Assembly (NCBI RefSeq): GCF_018350175.1
Contig: NC_058373.1
Location: forward strand, 107,200,001 to 107,264,000
Source: Felis catus
Lineage: Eukaryota
DNA length: 64,000 bases
Direction: 5' to 3'
Below the pieces are notes generated by a model. The model saw nothing but the letters and a program-made list of their open reading frames with translations, ran no database searches and was not told the origin of the DNA. Positions 1 to 12,776 of this stretch are shown piece by piece. Positions within the stretch are counted from its first letter, which is position 1. Each line of letters opens with the position of its first letter. The position numbers and the translations under genes were made by a program.

Positions 1-1150
1 AGACCGCGAGGGATGCGTTTAGGGCTTGGAACAAGGCTGTAAGAGCTTTCCTTGCCTCTACCCAAGTTCACTTGCCAACCTCCCATCACCCAGCTTGCAG
101 GCCCACGTCCACCTTTGGCGGGCCCGTCTTGGGGTCCGGGCTAAGCGACTCTGCCAGGTGCGCGCGCTTCCAAGTCGCCGCGCGCGGGCGCGGAGGAGAG
201 CTCGCAGCCCCGCCCGCTGGCAGGCAATGCCTAGCCTGGGGAGCCAGGCCTCCCTCGCGTCCAGCCGCCCGCGCCAAGAACCCCTCCCGGAGGCCACGCG
301 GGAACACTCGGGCGCTGCGTCTACGCCAGGGACAGCTCCGCCCAGTCCTGCAGCCAGAGGTCGCGTGTTCCCGCCGGGCCATCCCCAGGCCCGGACGTGA
401 GCAGGCCTCGGATCCCGCGGCTGTCTTGGGTTGTTCCCCGCGGCGATTGTTGGGACCAAGAGGCGTAGGGGCGTGAAGTAGGAGGGGACAGGACTGAGGA
501 GCGCAGGGGCAAGAAGCAAGCGCGGGAAGGTCAGCGGAGCAGGGATGGGGTGCAGGCCGGCGGCGGGCGCGGCTGCAGGAGAGAGAGGGCGCTGTCTTCC
601 TGGCAAAGGATCACCGGGCTGGCAGGCAGGAACCGAAACAAAAAAAAGAAAAGAAAACCTGCCCGGCTGAGTCGCCGGAGTGAGGGGCGCGCGGCGGGGA
701 GGGGTTAGGGTGGCAGAGCGCATATTCTCGGCCCACCACCCGGGAACCGCCTGGCCTGCCGTGGCCTTGCCAACGCCTAGTAGCCCCCAGCGGGACACGC
801 AGGAAAGGGAGCCTTCTTGGGTTCTTTTAGCTTTTCCCACAGTTGCCTTCCTTCAGCGCCATCCTTCCTCGGAAAACTGGAGATGTTGGGTAGGGTAGGT
901 CGCGCTTCAATGACGATCGAAGTGCCCCCAGTTTCCCCGGCGCGAGCAGGGAGGGGAGCGAATCCGGACCCCTTTTCTCCGAGCGGGGCTGGCTTTTTCG
1001 GTTTCGTGAGTTCCATGGAAGGAAACCGGAAAACCCACCAATCTTCATTTCAATGCGCCGCCGTAGCAAGTGGTCTCACGCGATTTAGCCGCGCCTTGAC
1101 CAGAAACAACGAAGAGAAGACCCTCTTATTTTACTGTCACTAACTAGACG
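1..1150. promoter_or_regulatory. CpG island / GC-rich regulatory region, probably upstream of SIX1 (SIX1 lies outside the window)
   Basis: Very GC- and CpG-rich, repeat-free, with no recognisable protein ORF. The SIX1 link is inferred from mammalian SIX1-SIX4-MNAT1 synteny. Confidence 0.65.
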
Positions 1151-3454
1151 GGGCACACACACTCAGAGACCGGAGGGTCCGGAAGACAATTGCTATCAAC
1201 CATTCCCCACCCAAACCCACAAATCTAAAAACTGGATTTCTGTTAATTCGGGAGAAACTGCTATCCCTCCATTCCAAAAGTACATCCTCTGTCATCTATA
1301 AAGGCCAATGTGTTCTTGTCTTTCCGTGCTCATAATAAACTAGGCAAAGCAAACCAAAAGGATCCCAAACTGCCTCATCTTCTGTCTCGAAAGGTCTCTC
1401 TGTATTAACAGATGTAAAAAGGCCCTCCTGGTTTTTACATAGATAACCAGAAATGAACGTCTCCTTACACGTCTGCCACCAGAGAGTCTCAAGCTCCAGC
1501 CGCCATGTGAATCTCTTGGGGAGTAGCGACTCTCCCATTCCATAGCCCTTCCAGCAGAATTTAGGTGGCCCTGTAGTTCCGTCTTCGGCAACAGAGCAAT
1601 TTCCTAGGAGTAACTGGGTGGGCTGCAATCCGCCTGCCTCTTCACATTGAGAAACGCTTCTCTTGTGGGAACGTCTGTTTCTATTCAGTCGATTTTCTAA
1701 TTTCTTTGATCAGCTTAAATATTTTCTTGGCAAACGGAAATTGACCATGCCATGAATATGATAACAACCTGCTTGGAAAAAAGCTATATTGTTTCCAAGC
1801 GGCAGAAGAAAAAGGGGCGGGGGGAGGAGCTGGCTGTTAGGAATGTCTGTAACAGATTTCTGCACATAACATCTCTGCAGTCTCTGAAGCAGCTTTGTGA
1901 AGCTGCCTTTTCCTTCAATATAGTTTCTTCCCTTTCTCTCCTCCCCTCAGATAAACACACACCTGGTTTCCTAAAAGTCTTTGATAGTCTTTATAAAAAA
2001 AAAAAAAATAGAACTTCAATAGATGCCTCTGGAGAATTTCCCTTTAAAACATAGATGAAAGGCAAGGTTAATACAATGTTCTCTTAATCCCTTTGCCTTC
2101 TGAGTCAAAATAAATATTTTCTTCTGCATATGATTGTACATCCTGCCATTTGGCTGTGGCTATAAGCAAATCGACCGGTAATAAAAGTGTTTTTGCGACT
2201 GTGTATTAAATGCAGTTCTCTTGAAATCAAGGGGATGGTGAGGGAGAGGGAGGAGTCATACTTCACAGGCAGGAGTTGGTGGGTTTCTGAAAAAGCTGCA
2301 AGAAAAGGACCTTTCACCTCTCATTAGTGATGGCATCAGTGCTCGGGCAGAGTGGAGCTGAGGTCATGTTACATATGGCACACAGTCTGCTCTGCACTTG
2401 AAACGTCAGCTTTGAAATTTTAGAGAGGGGAAAGGTCATCTTTAATAAGCTAAAGTCTGGGGCTCCCATTGCCCTCCTCACAAACTGGGTGGGTGTCCAT
2501 ATGCTTCAAACCTTCTGCACAAGTTTTTTTTTTTTTTAATTTGTAGTTTTGAGCTGATTTTTGTTTCACATCTTCATTTAAGTCATCATGTTTTCAGCTG
2601 TTAATACTCCAAAAGGCCTTTCATTTTTATAGCAACTCTGTCATCTTCTCTTTTCTTTTTATGCAATCATAAAGCCGTCTGTTCTGAGTGATAGCTTTTA
2701 GAACTCAACTTCCCAGGAGAAATGAAGTGTATCTGTCCATCTGCATACATGGATCCAGACATGTGAGCTATAGGGTTACTCTTCTGAGTGGGTAATTTAG
2801 ACTTCACTCTTGTATACTACATAATTTACTGAACCTTCAAAACATTAAAACTTCCATATTATGTAAAAGCTCTGGTTTCTGAAAACTTCCTGGGTACTAC
2901 TAAAATTTTTCATGCCAGTTACTGAAATCTCACATTTTATTTTTACCATGTGGGGGAAAACTCTCAAATCAGAATGTATTGATTCTTCTGTAAGGCTTAA
3001 AGCGAGTCTGACTGACAGATGCTATAATGGTACATACAGCACTGGGGAAAAAAGTGCTAATATCTTACTTCCTCATTCAGAAAATATTAGGAACATTTGT
3101 GAATGTTTAATCCTCAAATTTGTTCAAGAAGTGAAGTCAACCAAGCCCAAGCCACTGAACTCAACCCAGATCTCTTTGTGCCACTGTCAAGGTAGATACG
3201 AATATTTTTCTTTCATGTAACTCTGCAAGGAACTTCTCAAGAGTGACTCAGTTCCTGAAACTTTTTCTCCATATGGACTTTCTATCCAAGAGGAGCTGCT
3301 TCACCACACCATTAAATGCATTCCTCACTTACTTGTCTTTATATCTGTCAATGTATTTAATCTGTTTATCACATATTCCAGATTTTGGTTGTTTTTTCAA
3401 TTTTTTTCTTCCTTTACATGAAACGTATGTATTTTCTCCTTATGAAATAAACTT

Positions 3455-4010
3455 TTTAAATATGTTTATTTATTTTTGAAAGCGCACACGCACGCGCGAG
3501 AGAGGGAGGGAGAGAGAGAGAGAGAGAGAGAGAGCGAGCAGGGGAAGGGCAGAAAGAGGAAGAGAGAGAATCCCATGCAGGCTCCGGGCTATCAGCAAGG
3601 AGCCCATTGCAGGGCTCAATCTCACCAACCGTGAGATCATGACCTGAGCCGAAATCAAGAGTCCCACACTTAACTGACTGAGCCACCAAGGCGCCCCAAA
3701 ATAAACTTAAAAAAATATGTTTATTTATTTTCGAGAGAGACAGAGCATGAGTGGGGAGTGGAAGAGAGAGAGGGAGACAGAGGATCTGAAGCAGGCTCCA
3801 CCCTGACTGCAAAGAACCTGATGCAGGGCTCAGACTCAGGAACCTTGAGATCAAGACCCTAGCTGAAGTCAAACCCTCAACTGACTAAGCCACTCAGGTG
3901 CCCCTAAACTTTTTTTTAAAGTTAACTCTACACCCAAGGTGGGGCTTGAACTTAGGATCCCCGAGATCAAGGGTCATGTACTGTAACCGAATGAGCCAGC
4001 CAGGCACCCC
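3455..4010 (-). mobile_element. Cluster of three tandem CAN-SINEs (tRNA-derived carnivore SINEs)
   Basis: Three successive reverse-oriented SINE bodies ending ggcgcccc/ggtgcccc/ggcacccc, with T-rich tails and (GA)n tracts. Confidence 0.85.
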
Positions 4011-4187
4011 TCATCCTTATAAAATAAACTTTAAAATGGAAGACAACTATATATGATGATCGTTTCAAACAGTAGACTTGATTTTTAGAAATTTCTTCTC
4101 CCGTTCTGCAATTGAAAAACATTGGAACAATCTACAAACATCCCCTTGAGCCAAATAAGGTTTCTTCATTAATAAAGAATTTAACGA

Positions 4188-4393
4188 GGGGCGCCTGGGT
4201 GGCGCAGTCGGTTAAGCGTCCGACTTCAGCCAGGTCACGATCTCGCGGTCCGTGAGTTCGAGCCCCGCGTCAGGCTCTGGGCTGATGGCTCAGAGCCTGG
4301 AGCCTGTTTCCGATTCTGTGTCTCCCTCTCTCTCTGCCCCTCCCCCGTTCATGCTCTGTCTCTCTCTGTCCCAAAAATAAATAAACGTTGAAA

Positions 4394-4432
<39 letters not shown>

Positions 4433-4438
4433 AAAAAA
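4188..4438 (+). mobile_element. Young feline SINE (SINEC_Fc-like)
   Basis: Head ggggcgcctgggtggcgcagtcggttaagcgtccgacttcagccagg, (CT)n region, long A tail, and perfect 17-bp TSD aataaagaatttaacga (4171-4187 / 4439-4455). Confidence 0.95.
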
Positions 4439-5717
4439 AATAAAGAATTTAACGATTGTGATATGCAGATAGATGTTAGTTTAGTTTTGTTTCTAGTTAG
4501 GTTCTCAAAAATCCTTAATTTTGGAGAAGCGAAAATGTAAAAGAGCAATCTGCAAACTAGCAACTGAAAGTATAGATGAATAGAATGACTTCACAACCAA
4601 GAATGACATCAAGTAAATAATTTATTTCTGATCACTTTCATACATTAGGGTTTACTGCTACTAAGCTAGTGGACTTTGTGATACTTCAGCTAACCCAAAG
4701 CACTTGAGGCTTTGATGGCCCAAATGGTTTATTAAGTTCAATCAATTGAGTCAATAAAAAGTCAAGACGAAGATGAAAACACTATAGTCTTAGGGAATGC
4801 GTGTGTCTTTAGGAGGGAGGTACTGTTTTTTCTGTTTGTTTGGATCTTTCTTTCCTTTTTTTTTTCCCACTGAATTTTAAAACTTCTAAAAATACTCCAG
4901 GAAAATTTAAGAGCTGACTGTGTCACCCAGTAAGCTTGAAAAACAAGAAGTGAAATATTTCAAGAGGCAGGTTCATCACTGACAGGTCGATAATTCATTC
5001 AAGGCCCATAAAAGGAATACTAATAATTTCCACTTTTTATAGGATCCCTCACTCAAGAAACTTTAACATTTTACAAGCCTGATCTCATTCATGTTCACAG
5101 AACTTTGGGAGATATTATTCTTATTGCAAAGGGTAATTATCCCTACTAAAAAAAATATGACAGAGAGATTGTATAATTTGTCCAGGAATTATAATTCCGA
5201 GACAGGGTGAAGATAAGAGCGATGAACCTCAGTTCCTTGCCAATTTAGTTTTAAAAAGCAATATTCCATAAAGAGATCAATGATTAGAGTGATTAGGATT
5301 TAGCGAGTCCTTGTAAAATATTATTCTCCTTAAGTTAGACTCTAAAATTCAGGTTCAAGATTTGTGAGAAATTTAATAAATATCTTTAAACTATCATGAA
5401 AAAGACAATGAAACATGAAGTGGCATCAGTCCACGTGGGTCTGGTAGTTCTACCATCCTGTCTAGAAGTAAGCAATAGTTTTAGTTGGTACAAATGTCAT
5501 GTGGGAGGAGACATACAGATTATAGAACCATGAGCTAATTACTACAGCTTAACTGTCCCACAGAGAAACTATTAAGTGTTCATAAACAGGGTTACAATGG
5601 AGTATGTATTCGATGCCAAGACTGGCCTGTGCTTTCAATGCTTACAGTTCTTTCTTTGACTTATTTAGGAGAATATTAGAAATTCCAGAAAATTAAGGAT
5701 TTAGTTAATTTTAAGGC

Positions 5718-6075
5718 CAGTGCTTCACAAATTTAGCGGGCAAGCAAATGACCTGAGGCACTTGTAAACATTCAGCTTACTAGGTCCTACCCCTAGAGTT
5801 TCTGATTCTTTAGGTTTTTTTTTTTATTTAAAAATTTTTTAAGTTTATTTCTTTATTTTGAAAGGGGAGGGGGGAGGGCAATGCAGGGGCTCCATTGTTC
5901 GTGACATCATACCCTGAGCTAAAAATCAAGAGTTGGACACTTAACCAACTGAGCCACCTGAGTACCCCTGATTCTTTAGCTTTAAAGCGGGACCCTGGAA
6001 TTTACATTTTAATAAGCACCTTGGGTTATTTTAATGCAACTGATTAATGGACTATTCTTTGAGGATAAACATTGT
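5718..6075. mobile_element. MER5-like hAT DNA transposon relic interrupted by a SINE (about 5815-5968)
   Basis: MER5-type motifs (cagtgcttcacaaa..., cccctagagtttctgattc, aagcacc...ggttattttaatgca). The SINE is flanked by the duplication ctgattctttag. Confidence 0.55.
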
Positions 6076-9000
6076 CTATGCCTGAGGTAGGATCATTAAA
6101 AAAGGAAGGTTCTATCAGCAGGAATAAAGTTTAAACTCCAAATTCTGACCTAAGTAGAATTTACTCTTCTCTGTATAATTTCAAAAGAGGACTCTTAGAT
6201 TAGGTTTTACTGGTGGGGAGGATCTTTGGGTTTCTGAAGAATTTTGCAGGAATTAAAATGTTTCCAGCTAGTAATTAGATAGAAATTGTCCTCTTTAAGA
6301 GATGCTTCTGCTGAATGTGTTAGCAGGCAAAAGACACCCAGCCCAGGAAAATGAGACAGGAGGGAAAAATCTTTGAAGGAACTCTAAGCACCAGTCATAA
6401 AAATAAAGCAAATCTCATTGGCCAAAGAACAGTGAATAGGACTGTGGCAGAAAACAAGGGGCCACTATTGCCTCTTGAATGCCACCTGGAATACCAAAAG
6501 GTTTTTAAAACATTTCTCAGTGTGCCTGGCCCCTTTAGAATAGTGTAACCCAACTGGGCCCCAATCCCTTAAGATCTTCAAGAAATGAAGACACTCTGGA
6601 GAGTTGCCATAATATGATGAAAGGAATGGAAAATAAAATTTAGGAGGAAATTAAAAGTGGCTGTTGACACTGCAAATAGTGGTCATTTGTTAGTTAGAAA
6701 GGTATAGAGGGGGGCGGTGCCTGGGTAGATCAGTCATGACCTGTGGCTTAAGTCATGATATCCGGGTTTATGAGTTTTAGCCCTGCATCAGGCTTGCTGC
6801 TGTCAGCACAGAGCCGGCTTCAGATCCTCTGTCCCCCTGACTCTCTCTGTCCCCCCCACCACTGTCTCTGCCTCTCTCTCTCTCTCTCTCTCTCTCTCAA
6901 AAATAAATGAACATTTTTTTAAAAAGGTATGGGGGAGCCTGTGTGGCTCAGTCAGTTAAGCATCTGACTCTTGATTTCAGATCAGGTCATAATCTCACAG
7001 TTTGTAAGATGGAGCCCCATGTCTGGCTCTGTGCTGACAGCACAGAGTCTGCTTGGGAGTCTCTCTCTCCCTCTCTTTCTCTGCCCCACCCCCCACTCGT
7101 CCTCTCTCTCTCAAAAATAAAGAAATAAACATTAAAAAAAATCTAAATCAGTAAATAAGTAGCACAACCACATAAATCACAGTGTCTTGCGTATAAGAGG
7201 GAGATTAAATATTGGGAAAGGTTAACCATCATAATTAATTATTTTTCCTCCTTTAAACATCATTTGAAAATGAGACCATGGAAACATAGACTCCAGGCTC
7301 TTTGCCATTGAAGAGACCAAGAGGTCTGACACTCTAAGTAGAATCCCTCAAAAAAATGTTTTTGATGGGACAACCCCAGCTGTGCTTACACACTTGAGTG
7401 TCAGAGAACATCTGCTTTGTGTGTTTCACTACTTGCCAAAACAAGAAAAATATGAATGGTGTTAACAAAGTCACATGGAATCCATGGTTCTATACAAAGG
7501 AGATAAAATGCCAGAGAAACATGGAGGGGATCTTCTAATTACTTGTTGGCCAAGTGGAAAGTTAGAGCAAACTGTGCTAGTTAAACTGCTTTCTCCAGTT
7601 TCCATTTGAGGCATTTCTGCTGTTTGCCCACTGCCTAGTAGGCTGCTGGAGTTCACTATAGGAAAAGTAAATATTGTCATTTCAAATAAAGAACTGTTTA
7701 TTATATAACAGAACAGAAGCTGCCTTCTATTTTTGAGACTCTGCTAAGTTAATTGGGGACAGTAACCAAAGCAGTTGCCCAGGAGATGGTGTTTTCCAAC
7801 AGCTACCGTCCTTCAAGCTAAACTGGGTTCATGTTTGTCCACAAAGTGGCAATCACATTGTTCTTGTCATTGAATGTTCTTTGGCTCCTGTTGGGACTGA
7901 GTAAACGGGGGCACCATTTGTACTACGTTCCCACCCAGCCCATTTGATTTCTGCAGTGAGAGCCAACCAGAAGCCAAGACAGATCTAAGCTAAGCCTGAT
8001 GTCCTGCCACCATTAATGGGATTTAGCCTAGACTCTTCTCAATGAACAGGGAAAGGTTTACTTAATGCTTACTTCTACCTAACTCAGTAGTTCCAAAATT
8101 TTGGTAGATTTGGGACGGGGCTCAGTTTTCTTGGTAACTTCTCCACATCCATTTTGATGGAGATTTGTCTGCTGCCCACATTTTGAGAAACACTGGTTTA
8201 GGTGCATGATAGGGAAAAGAAATCTAGACTGGTGGTGAATTAAGATAAACACAAAGTTTGGGTTAATAGAAGAGTGTTTTTCAGGAAAAACACTTCAAAC
8301 AGTTATAATGCTTTCTGTTTTCAAAGGGCTTCTTACATCTGATCCTCACTTGTGAGATGGACAAGGAAGAACAATATTATTAACTCCATTCTACAAATAA
8401 AGAAACTGAGATAATCAGTGTAGTAATGACTGGATATGTGGTAGAATGGAGACTAGAAGCCTGAGTTTTCCTGTTTTGTTTATCCACTTGGTAGTCTCCT
8501 TTCTAGTAGGTCAAGATATGTAGATATTCCTCAAACTTTTTGATGGGTATAAGACATTTCATGAATTTAAAAAACTTATCTAACTCTTATGAATGGACAT
8601 GTCTTTTGTTTTCCTCCAATCTTTTTCTTTTATAAATAATGACTCTGTGACTATCTTCACACCTTTATCTTTGAGTACTTGTGTGAATATGTCTTTACAG
8701 CAAATGGCTAAAAGTGAAATTGCTGAGTTAAAGGGTATGTCTTTTATTTTTTTTTAAGTTTATTTTTATTTATCTTGAGAATGATACAGAGAGCAAGTGG
8801 GGGAGGGGCAGAGATAGAAGGAGAGAGAATCCCACACTGTCAGCACATGAATCTTGAGATCATGACCAGAGCCAAAATCGAGTTGGACGCTTAATGGATT
8901 GAGCCACCCAGGTGCTCCAGAGGGTATGCATTTTAAATTTTAGATGTTTAGGGGTGCCTGGGTGGCTCAGTCAGTTGAACATGCAACTTCAGCTCAGGTC

Positions 9001-9521
9001 ATGATCTCGCTGTTTGTGAGATCGAGCCCCCCCTCCCGCCGGAGTCCCGCTCTGTGCTGACAGCTTAGAACCCGGAGCCTGCTTCAGATTCTCTGTCTCC
9101 TTCTCTCTCTGCTCCTCCCCTGCTTGTGCTTTGTCTCTCCCTCTTAAAAATAAATATTAAAAAAAAATTTTTTTTAACTTTTAGATGTATATTACTAAAT
9201 TGTCTTTCAAAATCTATATCTTTTTGCATTCCCCTTGACCGTATACAATAGACTATTTTTCCTCAAATGTCCATCTGTTTTGTTTGATCTTTGCCAATCT
9301 GATTGGGAAAATGTGACTAACTTTAAAATTTTCATCTTACTGTTATTAAAGTATCGTATATTGGTATATTTTAAATTATGTCATATATATACATACATAT
9401 ATATATATAAAATTAGATAGCATAGCGTAAAAATCTGAAGTGCACAGCTCAATAACTTTTTACATAGGTATACAGCTGAGTAACCACCATCCAGATCAAG
9501 ATATAAAACATTTCCGTCAAA

Positions 9522-9580
9522 AATACAATACAATACAATACAATACAATACAATACAATACAATACAATACAATACAATA
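9522..9580 (+). repeat. (AATAC)11 pentanucleotide microsatellite
   Basis: Directly visible; flanked by the direct repeat ataaaacatttccRtca. Confidence 0.95.
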
Positions 9581-10154
9581 AAACATTTCCATCACCTCAG
9601 AAAACTCTGTCTTGCCACTTCACCCACACACCCCAGGAATAATCCTTCTTCTGACTTCTATCAACACGAATTCATTTCCCCTGCCTGTTCTTGAATTGAA
9701 TATAAATGAAATCAGTTTTATGATGTCTTCCTTCACTCAACATATCTGTGGGATTCATCCTTGTTGTTGTATCAGTAGTTCATTCTTTTTTGTTATTGTT
9801 TTATATTCCACTATATGAATACACTATGCATTAGTAATCCATTCTCCTGCTGATGGACATTTGAATTGTTCTAGTTTTTTACTGTAATAAATAAAGCTGC
9901 TATGAACTTTCTTGAACATGCCCTCCATTGAGTATATATACTCATTTCTCTTGGTCGTAAACCTAAAGAATTGCTGAGTCATAGAGTAGCTTTAATAGAT
10001 ACCGCTTAATAGTTTTCTAAAGTTACACTCCCACCAGCAGTTGTATGAGACTTCCACCTTCTCCCCATCCTTCCCGATATTCAGTGTTTTTATGCTTTTA
10101 CATCTTAGATTTCCCAATGAATATATAATAGTATCTTGTGTTTTTAATTTCCAT

Positions 10155-10189
<35 letters not shown>

Positions 10190-10888
10190 TATATATTTTA
10201 GAGAGAGAGAGTGCGAGCGTGCAAGTGGGAGAGAGAGGCAGAGGGAGAGGAGAGAGAGAATCTCAAGCAGGTTCCATGCCCAGTTCCAAGCCCACCATGG
10301 GGCTTGATCTGATGACACTGAGATTATGACCTGAGCCTAAACCAAGTTACTAGCTCAACAAACTGAGCCACCCAGGCACCCCTAATGTACATTCTTCTGA
10401 TGAATAATGATGCTGACCATATTTTCATATGCTTATTAGCTACCTGGATATTCTCTTTTGTGTGGTACTTGTTCAAATCTTTCCCCATTCTTTAAACTGT
10501 TGTGGGGTTTTTTGGTCTTTTTTTTTTATTTGTTTGGACTCTTTATATGTTCTGATTATAACCCCTTTGTCGGATGGATAGATAATTATTGTAGTTTGTA
10601 ACTTGCCTCTTTACTCACTGATATTTCTAATAAAAGTTCTTAATTTCAATTAAGCCCAATTATGTTTTTATTCTTTTATGGTTATTGTCTTTTGTATCTT
10701 ATATAGGAAATCTTTGGGGTGCCTGGCTGGTTCATTTGGTAGAGTCTATGATTTTTGATCTCAGGGTTATGAGTTTGAGCCCCACATGGAGGGTAGAGTT
10801 TACTTAAAAACAACAACAACAAAAAACAAAAAAAAAACTTTGTCTACCCCAAGGTCAGAAGTTCTACGTTTTCTCCCCCCCCCCCCCC

Positions 10889-11794
10889 TTTTTTTTTTTT
10901 GCTGCTAAAAAGCTTTATTGTTTTCATTTGGTCCACAGCTTGGGCGAGGGCTTCAGGTGGTTAAAAAGCAGCCTAGTGGCTGCAAGGAGAGACTCAGGCA
11001 CAAGCCCTGGCACCTGGGGGATGCCAGAAGGACCCTCTCAAAAGCTGCTGGGCTCCAGAGGCTTCTAGTCGTGCTTGAGGGTGAGCCTTTCGAAGAGATA
11101 CTCGCCCAGCCCAGCGTGGGGGCCGGACAGCCTGCGGAGATGAGTCAGGTGGCCGCCCATCTTCTTGATGAGTTTTGCTTCCTCATCTGGAAAGTGATTC
11201 TCCAGGAAGTCACAGAGATGGGGGTCTGCGCGGGCAGAACCCAGGGCATGCAGATCCAAAAGGGCCTGCTTCAGCTTCTTCTCCAGAAGCAGGGCAGCTT
11301 CCATGGCGTCCAGGGTTTTACCCCACTCATCTTGGGACAGTGTCTGCACTTCCCGGAAGAGGGCGCGGCCGCCGAGCTGGTTTTGAGTCTTCAAGAGACG
11401 CTCAGGGCCCTCCCACTTCTCCTCAGACACCTCACTGGAGAAGTGGTCCAGGCCTTCCAGACCACGTGGTCACGGTCGAACTAGAAGGCCAGGGAGAGGT
11501 AGGTGTAGGAGGCCTGCAGATGCATGTCGACCCGGAGGTTGACGGCGGCCTCCACCTCGGTGGAATAATTCTGACGAATCTTGGAACTGGGTTGATCGGT
11601 AACGAGGAGCTAAGTTCAAAATCGGGTGTTGGCTGGTTCCGGAGGCAGAGGGTGGGCAAGAAGATGGCCCCGAAGGTTGCAAATGGAAACAAAGGTTGGA
11701 AGGTGGTCGGAGGCCGGTAGAAGGGACGTCCCTGGGTCTGTTCCGTCCAAACACTGTTGAAGCAAGAGACATGCGCAGGACCGCGGGTGTACTC
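10889..11794 (-). pseudogene. FTL: Ferritin light chain processed pseudogene (full-length retrocopy)
   Basis: Intronless FTL homology from [17 protein letters not shown] to [15 protein letters not shown] (stop 11065-11067). Start ATG lost (about 11589-11591), premature TAG at 11481-11483 and 1-bp frameshift at about 11461. AATAAA at 10914-10919, poly(A) at 10889-10900, and degenerate 13-bp TSD ttctacgttttct (10862-10874) / tcctatgttttct (11795-11807). Confidence 0.95.
11737..11767 (-). promoter_or_regulatory. Iron-responsive element (IRE) in the 5' UTR of the FTL retrocopy
   Basis: Minus strand reads TCTTGCTTCAACAGTGTTTGGACGGAACAGA: CAGTGT loop (11751-11756), 5-bp upper stem and bulged C, as in the ferritin L IRE. 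Confidence 0.9.
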
Positions 11795-12203
11795 TCCTAT
11801 GTTTTCTTCTAAATGTTTTAATATTGTAATTTGACAGTTTGGTATTTCTAATTAAAATTTTTTTAAGTTTATTTGTTTTGAAAGAGGGGAGGAGGAGGAG
11901 CAGAGAGAGAGAGAGAGGGAGAGAGAACCCCAAGCATGCTTCACACTCTCAGCGTGGGGCCGATGTGGGGCTCAAACTCATGAACCTGTGAGATTATACC
12001 CCTGCTGAAATCAAGAGTTAGATGCTTAACCAAGGGAGCCACCTAGGTGCCACTGGCATATTTAATTTTGACACATTTATACTTATGAGCCATTTTTAAT
12101 TTTTGTATATGGTCTAAGGAAAGAGTTAACTTTGTTTTTTTTTTTTTAATCCTCGTAGTTCTGGTCTCACATGTTAAAAAAATCCAAACAAACATATTTT
12201 CTT

Positions 12204-12204
12204 T

Positions 12205-12235
<31 letters not shown>

Positions 12236-12265
12236 TTTTTTTATATATGAAATTTATTGACAAAT
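12204..12265 (-). mobile_element. Extremely 5'-truncated feline L1 insertion (about 25 nt of 3' end plus patterned tail)
   Basis: Minus strand atttgtcaataaatttcatata followed by an (AAAT)n tail; perfect 16-bp TSD acaaacatattttctt (12188-12203 / 12266-12281). Confidence 0.7.
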
Positions 12266-12776
12266 ACAAACATATTTTCTTGTGCAGAATTGCATTGGCA
12301 CCTCAGAGAGAAAATATTCAATATTTTACCATAAATATGTTAGATGTAGTTTTTTGGTATTTTTGTAGATAGCTTTTGTCAGATTAATAAATTTCACATA
12401 TATTCTCAATTTGCTGAGAAGTTTTTCCTGAGTGCATGTTTATTTTATCAATGAATTTTCTGTATCTAATGAGATAATTATATGGTTTTTCTCTTTTTCT
12501 GTTAATGTGGTGAATTATATTAATTATTTTAGAATGTTAAATCAACCTTGCTCCCCTGGGATGAACATACTTGGTTAGTGCATTTTTAAACAATCTCTGT
12601 ATTCAATTTGCCAGTGTTTTATTTAGAATTTTTGCATTTATATGCAGGAAAGATTTTGGTTTTGGCATCAGATTTATGTTAGCTTCATAAGATAAGTAAG
12701 CTGGTGTTACCTTTTGTCTAATCTCTGAAAGGGTTTGAGAGAAATTATCAGTATTTCTTCTTAAATATGTGGTACA

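Noticed and set aside
26..1143. Long overlapping ORFs in the left CpG island (e.g. 58-840, 260 aa)
   Set aside because: Pro/Arg/Ala/Gly-rich with no recognisable domain; expected from stop-codon scarcity in GC-rich DNA.
11065..11430. 121-aa ferritin-like ORF as a functional gene
   Set aside because: It is the residual frame of the pseudogene. It starts at GTG, lacks the N-terminal helix, and follows a stop and a frameshift.
10918..11720. 188-aa and 181-aa plus-strand ORFs
   Set aside because: Antisense shadows of the GC-rich FTL retrocopy.
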